From the NCBI GenBank assembly GCA_037133055.1, contig JBAXOY010000058.1, positions 1 to 18,534 on the forward strand: 18,534 nt of DNA, given 5' to 3'. The notes beneath the pieces were generated by a model. That model was not told the origin of the DNA, searched no databases, and saw only the letters and a list, made by a program, of their open reading frames with translations. The stretch comes from Chlamydiota bacterium. GTDB taxonomy: Bacteria; Auribacterota; Tritonobacteria; UBA1439. A program made the position numbers and the translations under genes. Shown here in pieces: positions 1-7,040 of this stretch. The number at the start of each line of letters is the position of its first letter. The stretch's first letter is position 1.

Positions 1-1573
1 CGCACGCGGCCTCGAGCGTCTTCTTGATCGGGTCCGGGAGGCGGCCGATGAGCGCGCCGAGCTCCTTGAGCTCCGCCGAGAAGGGCTCGACCACCCCCGC
101 GAGTTCCCTGAGGACCGGGCGGACCGTCTGCGCCCAGAAGGCGGATTCATACACCTCCGGGGTGACCCTGAACGTGCGTCCGCCCGCCCCTCCCTCATCC
201 CCGCACGACGCGGGCATCTCCGAGGCGATCCGGCCGAGGGCGATGTCGAGCTGGGACTCGACTGTGTGGCGTGCCGGGATGATGGTCTCGGCGATCCGCG
301 ACAGCGCCTGGCTTGTCCCCCCTCCTCCCACCCCGCCCGCGCCCGCCCTGATCTTTGCGGAGATGAACGGAAGGAGCCCCCGCGCGGTTCCCTTTCCGCT
401 CTGGAGGCGCCGGAGTATCTTCAGGAAGCCGAACTTCGACACCTTGAACCCGAGGTACTCGGTGGCGACCTCCTCGAGATGCTGCGCCTCGTCCACGATG
501 ATCCTCTGGAACCTCGGGAGGACGGCGGGCCCGTCATAGCCCTCCGTGCGGCTGCGCACGGCGAGGTCGGCCATCAGGAGGTGGTGGTTCACCACGAGAA
601 GGTCCGCCGAGGAGGCCTGCCGCCGTGCCTTGTAGAAAAAACAATCTCCGTAGCAGGGGCAATGGATCCGCATGCACTGGTCCGCCTCTGCGCAGACCTT
701 CTCCCATGTGTCCCGGCGGGGGATGAAGCTCAGGTCCGCGAGGCTCCCCTCGGCGGTCCTGCCGGCCCAGCGGAGCATCTCCTCCACCTCCCCCTCCTCC
801 TCCAGCCCGGGGAGAAGCTGCCCCTCCTCCCGCGCGGAGGCGAGCTTTCGCAGGCAGAGGTAGTTGCTCCTCCCCTTCACGAGGACGGCCCGGCACCCGA
901 GACCCTCCATGCGCTGGAGGAGCGGCAGGTCTTTTCCGATGAGCTGCTCCTGCAGGTTGATGGTGTTCGTGGAAATGACTACGCGCTCCTTGTTGAGAAG
1001 ACTCCAGGAGATGGCCGGGATGAGATAGGCGAGCGACTTCCCGGTCCCAGTTCCCGCCTCGATGAGGGAAATCCGGTCCTCGTTGAACGCGGCCGCCACC
1101 CGCCCTATCATGAGCGCCTGCTCTTCGCGGTACTCGAAATCCTTGAGCGACTTCGAGACGGGCCCGCCGGGAAGCACGTAGGAACGGAGTTTCTCGGTTT
1201 CGAGTCGGGCGCGCTCCTCCTTCGGGGAGGGCTCGACGACCGGGTAGATGCGCTCGACCGCGTTATCCACGATGTAGAAGCCCGTCCCGCGGTTCCCCAT
1301 CTCGGATGCCACGGCGAGATCTGCTTTCGAGGGGACGAGCAGCCCGTCGGGATGGTTGTGCAGAACGACATCGCCCGCCGCGGCCTTTCTGAGGACGGCG
1401 GGGACGCTCTCGCCGTCCCCCCGGGCGAGGACGGCGGCCTCCTCCACAAGTTGTTCAGGCCCGGTTTTCCCGAGAAAGAAGACCTCGTTCCCCCCTGCAT
1501 CCGCTATGGCCGCTTTCATTCTTTCCATTACCACGGGGCGGAGGTACTCGCCGATTTCGATGGAGTCGTTCAT
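1..1573 (-). CDS. dinG: DinG/YoaA-family ATP-dependent DNA helicase with N-terminal JAB/MPN (RadC-like) domain; 3' end lies outside the window
   Basis: Not in the ORF track; translated by hand from ATG at 1573 (MNDSIEIGEYLRP...), open to base 1. Shows JAB motif HNHPDGLLVPSKAD, Q-motif FEYREEQ, Walker A EAGTGTGKS, motif Ia STNTINLQEQL, Fe-S cysteines (KGRSNYLC; CAEADQCMRIHCPCYGDCFF), VVNHHLL and Walker B IVDEAQHL. Confidence 0.92.
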   Translation of the reverse strand, partial: MNDSIEIGEYLRPVVMERMKAAIADAGGNEVFFLGKTGPEQLVEEAAVLARGDGESVPAVLRKAAAGDVVLHNHPDGLLVPSKADLAVASEMGNRGTGFYIVDNAVERIYPVVEPSPKEERARLETEKLRSYVLPGGPVSKSLKDFEYREEQALMIGRVAAAFNEDRISLIEAGTGTGKSLAYLIPAISWSLLNKERVVISTNTINLQEQLIGKDLPLLQRMEGLGCRAVLVKGRSNYLCLRKLASAREEGQLLPGLEEEGEVEEMLRWAGRTAEGSLADLSFIPRRDTWEKVCAEADQCMRIHCPCYGDCFFYKARRQASSADLLVVNHHLLMADLAVRSRTEGYDGPAVLPRFQRIIVDEAQHLEEVATEYLGFKVSKFGFLKILRRLQSGKGTARGLLPFISAKIRAGAGGVGGGGTSQALSRIAETIIPARHTVESQLDIALGRIASEMPASCGDEGGAGGRTFRVTPEVYESAFWAQTVRPVLRELAGVVEPFSAELKELGALIGRLPDPIKKTLEAAC

Positions 1574-1582
1574 GACGGGGAT

Positions 1583-1591
1583 AGTATAGCA
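1583..1591 (-). promoter_or_regulatory. Extended -10 promoter (TG-C-TATACT) for dinG
   Basis: Minus strand reads TGCTATACT, ending 9 nt upstream of the ATG at 1573. No -35 or SD is visible. Confidence 0.5.
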
Positions 1592-1667
1592 GGTCGGGGG
1601 CGCCGCCGCGCGGGGAGATGTACCTGGGGGCCGGCCATGTGACCACGCGGGGGGATGAGGGCGAAGA

Positions 1668-1886
1668 TCAGATGAAAAGCCTCATCTGCGGGTAATACTC
1701 GGGGAATTGCTTCTGAAGGATGGCCTGGGCGACCGCGTAGCTCCTGTGGTAGTTGCGCAGGCTGAGGTTGTAGGTGTTTTTCATCTGACGGATTGTCAGG
1801 AAGGTCGCCGTCTGGAACATTCCCCGGCGAAGCTCGTTCCTGATCTCCTGCTCAAGCTCAGGTGAAAACTCCAGTTTTAGTTCCAT
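1668..1886 (-). CDS. Small hypothetical protein (72 aa, MELKLEFSPELEQEIRNELRRG...)
   Basis: Protein-like composition rather than a GC-rich shadow ORF. ATG at 1886 is preceded by GGAGGG/AAGGG and a TTGCAT-N17-TATAGT promoter. Confidence 0.65.
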   Translation of the reverse strand: MELKLEFSPELEQEIRNELRRGMFQTATFLTIRQMKNTYNLSLRNYHRSYAVAQAILQKQFPEYYPQMRLFI

Positions 1887-1910
1887 GACCCTTGGGTCCC
1901 TCCACTGGAT

Positions 1911-1939
1911 ACTATACACTATAGAATTACAAAATGCAA
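1911..1939 (-). promoter_or_regulatory. sigma70-type promoter TTGCAT-N17-TATAGT
   Basis: -35 at 1939-1934 and -10 at 1916-1911 with 17-nt spacing, in an AT-rich patch upstream of the 72-aa ORF. Confidence 0.65.
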
Positions 1940-2161
1940 TACATATGCTTTTATTACCTATTTTTAGTAGCCGTTCTCAGCAAGGGTATTACCGTCGTTG
2001 TGGGGCTAACATGCGGCAGAATGAGCGAAGCTGACGGTCGCTTTCAAGAATCCCGCGGCCAAAGCTAAGGATGGTGGGGAAAACCATTAATAGTGCAGCA
2101 TGTCAATCGTTCTCTTCCGTCTGATCCGCGCCGATCAGGATGAAGCCATGCTACGTCATCT

Positions 2162-2295
2162 GTGGCCAGGGGGAACCCTTCGCGTGAAAAGGAATCCTAC
2201 AATCCCCCGCGGACGCACGCCGTTCTCGTGGACGTGCCGGAGATGCGCTTCTTCATGATCGACGGGCAGGGGGACCCGAACAAGGCACCCACTAT
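2162..2295 (+). pseudogene. N-terminal remnant of a GyrI-like small-molecule-binding protein (Lin2189/COG4832-like)
   Basis: KESYNPPRTHAVLVDVPEMRFFMIDGQGDPN matches the N-terminus of this family as I recall it (KxLYxP...VDVPEMxFxMIDGxGDPN). Similarity stops after about 43 codons and the frame runs into the convergent gene. Confidence 0.65.
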
Positions 2296-2339
2296 CATAC
2301 ACCGCTCGTCACGGCTTCGCGATGAGCCGGATGCCCGCC

Positions 2340-2756
2340 TCACTCGTCGAGGAGCGGCTGCCAGCCGCTCGGGAAGGGGACGACGCACGTGGCGCCCTCG
2401 ATGATGCCGCCCATAAGCCGCGTGAGGAACATTCCGAACGCCTCGCCCACACCGGGCCAGAGCATCGAGATGCTCTTTCCGCTGACGCGCTTCGCCTCCA
2501 TCGGCTGGACGTAGAACTCGGTCCCCGCGCGGGCCACGTTCACGACGCCGCGCTTCAGTTTCTTCCCGACCTCGTGGGAATAGGAGCCCTTCGTGACCGG
2601 GGCTTTTTCCCCGGTGGGCGCCGGGGCGGGAGCATCGACCTTCACGACCGCGGGCTCCGCGGGCGCGCCGGGCTCCACCGCTTTCCCTTCTCCGGCCGCC
2701 CTCGCGGCGAGCGGCGCCGCGCACAGGATCGCCAGTGTCATGCACAGGGTCTTCAT
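2340..2756 (-). CDS. Secreted/membrane protein, TIGR04073-like (putative exosortase-system-associated family)
   Basis: Signal peptide MKTLCMTLAILCAAPLAARA and Pro/Ala linker, then KKLKRGVVNV...E...R..GG..E..T...PFPSGWQPLL, which resembles the KLGRG..N...E...R...G..E..TFP.P pattern. SD GAGGAGG present. Confidence 0.7.
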   Translation of the reverse strand: MKTLCMTLAILCAAPLAARAAGEGKAVEPGAPAEPAVVKVDAPAPAPTGEKAPVTKGSYSHEVGKKLKRGVVNVARAGTEFYVQPMEAKRVSGKSISMLWPGVGEAFGMFLTRLMGGIIEGATCVVPFPSGWQPLLDE

Positions 2757-2782
2757 TGTCCCCTCCTCTTATTCGAAGCGCC

Positions 2783-2811
2783 ATTCTACCCCGTTTCGCG
2801 GAGCGGGGCAA
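2783..2811 (-). promoter_or_regulatory. sigma70-type promoter TTGCCC-N17-TAGAAT
   Basis: -35 at 2811-2806 and -10 at 2788-2783, upstream of the ATG at 2756. Confidence 0.6.
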
Positions 2812-2837
2812 CATCGGTCTTGTGCGGCTTTTTAGGT

Positions 2838-2866
2838 ATAGGTCCTACGGGTCCTATAGGACCTAT
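2838..2866. repeat. Palindromic intergenic element, copy 1 (ATAGGTCCTA-N9-TAGGACCTAT)
   Basis: 10-bp perfect inverted repeat; a near-identical element lies at 9894-9930. Confidence 0.85.
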
Positions 2867-2878
2867 GCAACAAAGAAA

Positions 2879-3613
2879 TCACGGCGCCTGACCGCGCGGG
2901 CCCGTCAGCGGCACGAACCGTACGGGGATGACGCGCCGGCTGGTCACCGCGCCGTCCTTCTTCTCCACGACCACGAGGTCCTCCCCGCCGAAGCGGGCCT
3001 CGAGGGGGAGCGCCATCCTCCCCCCCTCCGCGAGCTGCGCGACGAGGGGCGGGGGAACCTCCGGGCACGCGGCGGTGACGACGATCCCGTCATAGGGCGC
3101 GTGTTCCGGCCAGCCCATGTAGCCGTCGCCCGCCCTGACGCGCACCCCCCGGTAGCCGAGTTTCTTCAGGCGCGCCGCGGCGCTCTCCGCGAGCGCGGGA
3201 AGGATCTCCACCGAGTACACCTCCGCCCCGAGCTCCGCAAGGACCGCCGCCTGGTACCCGGACCCGGTCCCGATCTCGAGGACCCTCGCGCCCGGCCACT
3301 TCAGTTCGAGGAGCTGGGTCATAAGGGCGACAATGTACGGCTGGGAGATGGTCTGGCCGGAATCGATGGAGAGGGGATTGTCCTCGTATGCCCTCCAGGC
3401 GAGGGCGGGCGCGACGAACAGGTGACGGGGGACTTTTCCCATCGCGGCACGCACGCGGGGGTCGGAGATGTCCCGGTCGGCGAGCTGCGAGGCGACCATG
3501 GCCGCCCGCTCATCCCTGAAGGCGGCCGGGTCGTCGGCACGGACGCCATCCGCAGGGGGGCGCGGCGCAAGGACGAGCACTGCGAGCGGGAGCAGAATAC
3601 CGAACCAGCGCAC
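2879..3613 (-). CDS. pcm: Protein-L-isoaspartate(D-aspartate) O-methyltransferase
   Basis: VPRHLFV, AYEDNPLSI..GQTISQPYIVALM, VLEIGTGSGYQAAVLA, GDGYMGWPEHAPYDGIVVTAA and VRFVPL motifs. GTG start with a hydrophobic N-terminal extension. Confidence 0.96.
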   Translation of the reverse strand: MRWFGILLPLAVLVLAPRPPADGVRADDPAAFRDERAAMVASQLADRDISDPRVRAAMGKVPRHLFVAPALAWRAYEDNPLSIDSGQTISQPYIVALMTQLLELKWPGARVLEIGTGSGYQAAVLAELGAEVYSVEILPALAESAAARLKKLGYRGVRVRAGDGYMGWPEHAPYDGIVVTAACPEVPPPLVAQLAEGGRMALPLEARFGGEDLVVVEKKDGAVTSRRVIPVRFVPLTGPRGQAP

Positions 3614-3622
3614 CGGCGTTCT

Positions 3623-4654
3623 CTAGTAGACCTTCTCGATCTGGTTGTAGAGGTTCACCAGAAGCGCGTCGAACTCCTCGCGCCCCTGCGTGACGCGCAC
3701 GAGCATCCCGTAGCAGCGCACCCGGTCGCCCTGGCGCATATCGCCCCGCATCGCCCCGTCGTAGATGATAAGGGGCAACGGCGCGTGCTTCTCACGGTCG
3801 ATGATGACGCTGTCGAGCTGCGCGATCGCCGGCATGTAGATGGCGTGCGTGTCCTCGCAGACGCGTCCCGTCGCGAAGATCTTCTCCTTGAGGACCTCGA
3901 TGGTGAAGCCCTTGAGCGGCACCTCGTTCCAGTCGGCGTAGACGAAGAACGGGCAGACAAGCACTCCATGGTAATGGAAACGCATCGGCCAGAGCTTGCC
4001 GAACTCGATCACCTGCTTCGCGGGATCTCGGGTTACCTCGTAGATCCTTCGGACCACGCGCCGGTTCTCCTCGACGGAGCCGAAGAAGACCACGTCGAAA
4101 TCCTCGTCGTTGGGGTCGTACACCCCGTAGGCGAGGGAGCCGGTCGCCCCCATGCGCTCGAGCGGGATATCGAGCACCGCGGAGACCTGGCCCGCCGCCC
4201 GCTTGATGCTCGGGTAGCGGTCCATCGCCGTGCGGAGGGACTTGCGGCAGTTGAAGTGGCCGATGAACTGGCCCATTTTAAACTCGAGCTCGTACTCCGC
4301 GTAGGCGGGGCGGGCCCTGTCCAGGCTCGGGTCGATCTCGCACTGGCGCGCGATCTGCGCCGGATGGGTGATGTAGATCATCTCATCGTCCACGAGCTTC
4401 TTGGTGAGGCACTCATAGGGGCGACCGTGGATGCTCACCTGCCCCCTTTCGTGGGGATAGTAGATGATCTTGCCGTAGAGCGACCCGCTCGGGTGGCAGT
4501 ACCCCTCGCAGAAGACCAGGCTGTCGTCGCGGCGCATGAAGTAGGTCGAATCCCAGATCCTGGCGTCGAGTTCCCCCATCGGGGCTAGGTACCGGTCGAT
4601 CGTCTTCCAGAACCCCGGATACATTTTTTCCACGCTTTTCCTCCGGTCGTCCAT
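3623..4654 (-). CDS. Pol-beta-fold nucleotidyltransferase, COG1665/AF1967-like, paralog 3
   Basis: GATGSLAYG-x7-DFD NTase motif, N-terminal GYCHP, C-terminal OB-like beta region. GGAGG SD supports ATG 4654; alternative ATG at 4705 overlaps the upstream stop. Confidence 0.8.
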   Translation of the reverse strand: MDDRRKSVEKMYPGFWKTIDRYLAPMGELDARIWDSTYFMRRDDSLVFCEGYCHPSGSLYGKIIYYPHERGQVSIHGRPYECLTKKLVDDEMIYITHPAQIARQCEIDPSLDRARPAYAEYELEFKMGQFIGHFNCRKSLRTAMDRYPSIKRAAGQVSAVLDIPLERMGATGSLAYGVYDPNDEDFDVVFFGSVEENRRVVRRIYEVTRDPAKQVIEFGKLWPMRFHYHGVLVCPFFVYADWNEVPLKGFTIEVLKEKIFATGRVCEDTHAIYMPAIAQLDSVIIDREKHAPLPLIIYDGAMRGDMRQGDRVRCYGMLVRVTQGREEFDALLVNLYNQIEKVY

Positions 4655-4701
4655 GCACCCTCCGTGCGGTAGGGCCGGCGCGGCCCGGTCGCCCTCGCGC
4701 G

Positions 4702-5727
4702 TCATGACCCCGCGGCAACTCCCCCGCGCGCCTTCGTGACTGCGTTGCCGTTTGTGACGAGGATCGCGCGGTACTCATCCGTCTTTGTCCGTATCGTCAC
4801 CAGCCTGCCGCGCCCCTCGATCCGGTCCCCCCTCCGGTACTCGCCGCGCACGGAGCTGTCGTAGACAATCAGGGGAAGCTCGCCCGACGGCTCCCCGTCC
4901 GCCACCACGCCCTCGAGCCGCGCAAAGACCGGGAGGAAGATCGCGTGGCGGTCGTCCGAGACGCGCCCGCGGAACGCGGCATCCCCCTTCACGACCTCCA
5001 TCCTGAAATCGGCAAGCGGGGCCTCTTCGATCCTGCCGTAGATGAAGAAGGGGCAGATCAGCGTCCCGTCGTAGTAGAAGCGCATCGGCCAATGCCTGCC
5101 GAATTCAAAGACCCGGTGGGCGGGGTCCCGGTGCCACGCGTCGATCTTCTCCGTGATGGCACGGTGCTCCTCGACGCTTGCGTGGATGGCGAGGTCGATG
5201 TCCTCGTGCTCGTCCTCCATCCGCCCGTAGGCGAGGGAGCCGGTGACGCCCAGGCGCTCGAGCGGCAGGCCGAGGAATGCCGCGAGTTTTTCGATCTTGG
5301 GCGCGAGCCACGGATGAAGTTCCACCGCCACCCGCAGGGAATGTCGATGCTCGAAAAACCCGACGCAGTCGTCGAGCGAAAATCGCACGTGGTAGTCGCC
5401 GAAGGGCGGGATTCCCTCGCGGTTCCGCAATGCGGGCTCGGCAACGTAGTGGAGCGCGAGCTGCCGGTCGATCGGGAGGAGATCGAGACTCCCGTTCACG
5501 AGCTTCTTGGTGGTGTTCGTGTAGCGGCGCCCGAAGATATCAAGCGTCCCGTTCGGGTCGGGGAAGTTGATGAGCTTCCCGAAGAACCCGCCCCGCGGAT
5601 GGCAGTAGCCCTGCGCGAAGGCGAAGCTCAGGTTCTTCCGGAGGAAATAGCTCGAGTCGATCACGCGATCGAGCTTCTCCATGGGGAGCATATAGCGTTC
5701 AATCGTCGCGAAGAATCCGTTCTGCAT
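4702..5727 (-). CDS. Pol-beta-fold nucleotidyltransferase, COG1665/AF1967-like, paralog 2
   Basis: GVTGSLAYG-x7-DID, GYCHP, EFGRHWPMRF and ICPFF; collinear with both neighbours. Confidence 0.8.
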   Translation of the reverse strand: MQNGFFATIERYMLPMEKLDRVIDSSYFLRKNLSFAFAQGYCHPRGGFFGKLINFPDPNGTLDIFGRRYTNTTKKLVNGSLDLLPIDRQLALHYVAEPALRNREGIPPFGDYHVRFSLDDCVGFFEHRHSLRVAVELHPWLAPKIEKLAAFLGLPLERLGVTGSLAYGRMEDEHEDIDLAIHASVEEHRAITEKIDAWHRDPAHRVFEFGRHWPMRFYYDGTLICPFFIYGRIEEAPLADFRMEVVKGDAAFRGRVSDDRHAIFLPVFARLEGVVADGEPSGELPLIVYDSSVRGEYRRGDRIEGRGRLVTIRTKTDEYRAILVTNGNAVTKARGGVAAGS

Positions 5728-5753
5728 GGCGTTCGTATCCCATCGCCGGCGCT

Positions 5754-6779
5754 TCAGGCGGGAGAGGCGGAGGCTTTTTTGATCTGCGGGCTGACGGTCA
5801 CGAGCAGCGCGGGGAATACCTTGCCCCGCTCCCGCACCTTGATGAGGCGCACGCCGTCCATCACGAGGCGGTCGCCGCGGTAATACTCCCCGCGCAGGGA
5901 GCCGTCGTAAATGATGAGCGTGAGGTCGCCGTGGGGCTCGCCGTCAATCGTCACCTGGTCGAGGGTGAGCACGACCGGCATGTAGATGCTGTGGGTATCA
6001 TCCTTGACGCGCCCCTCGGCCCGGACCCCCTCGCGGAGGATCTCCACGTCGAGCTCCCTGAACGGCACCTCCCCCGGGTCGAGGTATTCGAAAAACGGGC
6101 AGATCATGATGTCGCGGTGATAAAACCGCATCGGCCAGAACTTGCCGAACTCGACGACCTTCCTCGCCGGGTCTCGGGTGAACTTCCTGATCCGCTCGAT
6201 CACCCTCGCGTTCTCGGCGACGGTCCCGTAGATGCACAGGTCGACGTCGTCCGCGGGCTCCTCGAGCCTCCCGTATGAGAGCGACCCGGTGCACCCGAGT
6301 CGCTCGGGCGGGACCTCGAGGATCTCGCTCGCCTTCGTGACCGCCTCCCGCACCTTGGGATAATCCTCCATCGCCATACGGAGCGATTTACGATGGTCGA
6401 AGTACCCCGTGAACTCGCTCAGGGGGAGCTTCACATGGTACTCCGCCCAGCATGGGAGCGGTTCCTTCGGGTCAAGCGTCGGGTCGATCTCGAAGTGGCG
6501 CTTCAGCTGAAGGTTATGCGGGACGAGCTCCAGCTTCCCGTTCACCCTACGCTTGATTGTGGTCCCGTATTCGCGCCCGTGTATCTGCATCCACCCGCCC
6601 TTTTCGGGGAAATAGATGATCTTGCAGTAGATGCCATCTTTGGGGTGGCAGTAGCCCTGGGTGAAAACGAAGCTCCCGTTCTTCCTGAGGAAGTAGAAGC
6701 AGTCGCCGGCCCCTCCCCTGAGCTCAGAAATTGGGACGACGTATCGCCGCATTATGCGTTCAAAAACGTCCTGAGTCAT
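5754..6779 (-). CDS. Pol-beta-fold nucleotidyltransferase, COG1665/AF1967-like, paralog 1
   Basis: GCTGSLSYG-x7-DVD, GYCHP, EFGKFWPMRF and ICPFF. ATG 6779 is preceded by SD-like GGGGTG; alternative ATG at 6794. Confidence 0.8.
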   Translation of the reverse strand: MTQDVFERIMRRYVVPISELRGGAGDCFYFLRKNGSFVFTQGYCHPKDGIYCKIIYFPEKGGWMQIHGREYGTTIKRRVNGKLELVPHNLQLKRHFEIDPTLDPKEPLPCWAEYHVKLPLSEFTGYFDHRKSLRMAMEDYPKVREAVTKASEILEVPPERLGCTGSLSYGRLEEPADDVDLCIYGTVAENARVIERIRKFTRDPARKVVEFGKFWPMRFYHRDIMICPFFEYLDPGEVPFRELDVEILREGVRAEGRVKDDTHSIYMPVVLTLDQVTIDGEPHGDLTLIIYDGSLRGEYYRGDRLVMDGVRLIKVRERGKVFPALLVTVSPQIKKASASPA

Positions 6780-6878
6780 TGTAGAACACCCCATAGCCTA
6801 CCGCGGGGACACCGCTCCTGCGGCGCCGAGCGCGCAAAGACAAAAAATGCCCCATCGCGGGCACAATGCCCACAATGA

Positions 6879-6916
6879 AGCATAACAGGATACCCCGGGC
6901 CGCCCCCCCCTGTCAA
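6879..6916 (-). promoter_or_regulatory. Promoter for the nucleotidyltransferase-pcm operon: TTGACA-N18-TATCCT plus overlapping extended -10 TG-T-TATGCT
   Basis: Perfect TTGACA at 6916-6911, TATCCT at 6892-6887, TGTTATGCT at 6887-6879. The spacer contains a G8 run. Confidence 0.6.
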
Positions 6917-6919
6917 GGC

Positions 6920-7040
6920 CCGTTTTTTGCCGTTTTTTGCCGGGCCCGTTTTTGGACAGGCCGTTTTTGAATGCGCCGTTCCCAAACGGTGGGACCGGGG
7001 GACCGGATTCCGTTTGTCGACCATTTTTCGAACATTTTGC
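6920..7040. repeat. Array of CC(G/A)TTTT-type direct repeats between divergent promoters
   Basis: CCGTTTTT at 6920, 6930, 6946 and 6961; degenerate copies at 6976, 7010, 7021 and 7033. Confidence 0.7.

Noticed and set aside
266..1642. 458-aa plus-strand ORF, and 24..539
   Set aside because: Antisense shadow of dinG, which has all the helicase motifs; typical high-GC artefact.
1975..2160. Possible ncRNA or tRNA in the lower-GC spacer
   Set aside because: No cloverleaf, riboswitch consensus or convincing stem seen by eye; an Infernal/Rfam search would be needed to exclude it.
2735..4588. 617-aa plus-strand ORF, and 4945..5883
   Set aside because: Antisense to pcm and the NTase genes, with no recognisable motifs.
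3623..6779. NTase triplet as a CBASS, MNT-HEPN or AbiE defence system
   Set aside because: No effector, HEPN or Cap genes and no mobile context; domain layout fits COG1665-like proteins better than CD-NTases or minimal NTases.
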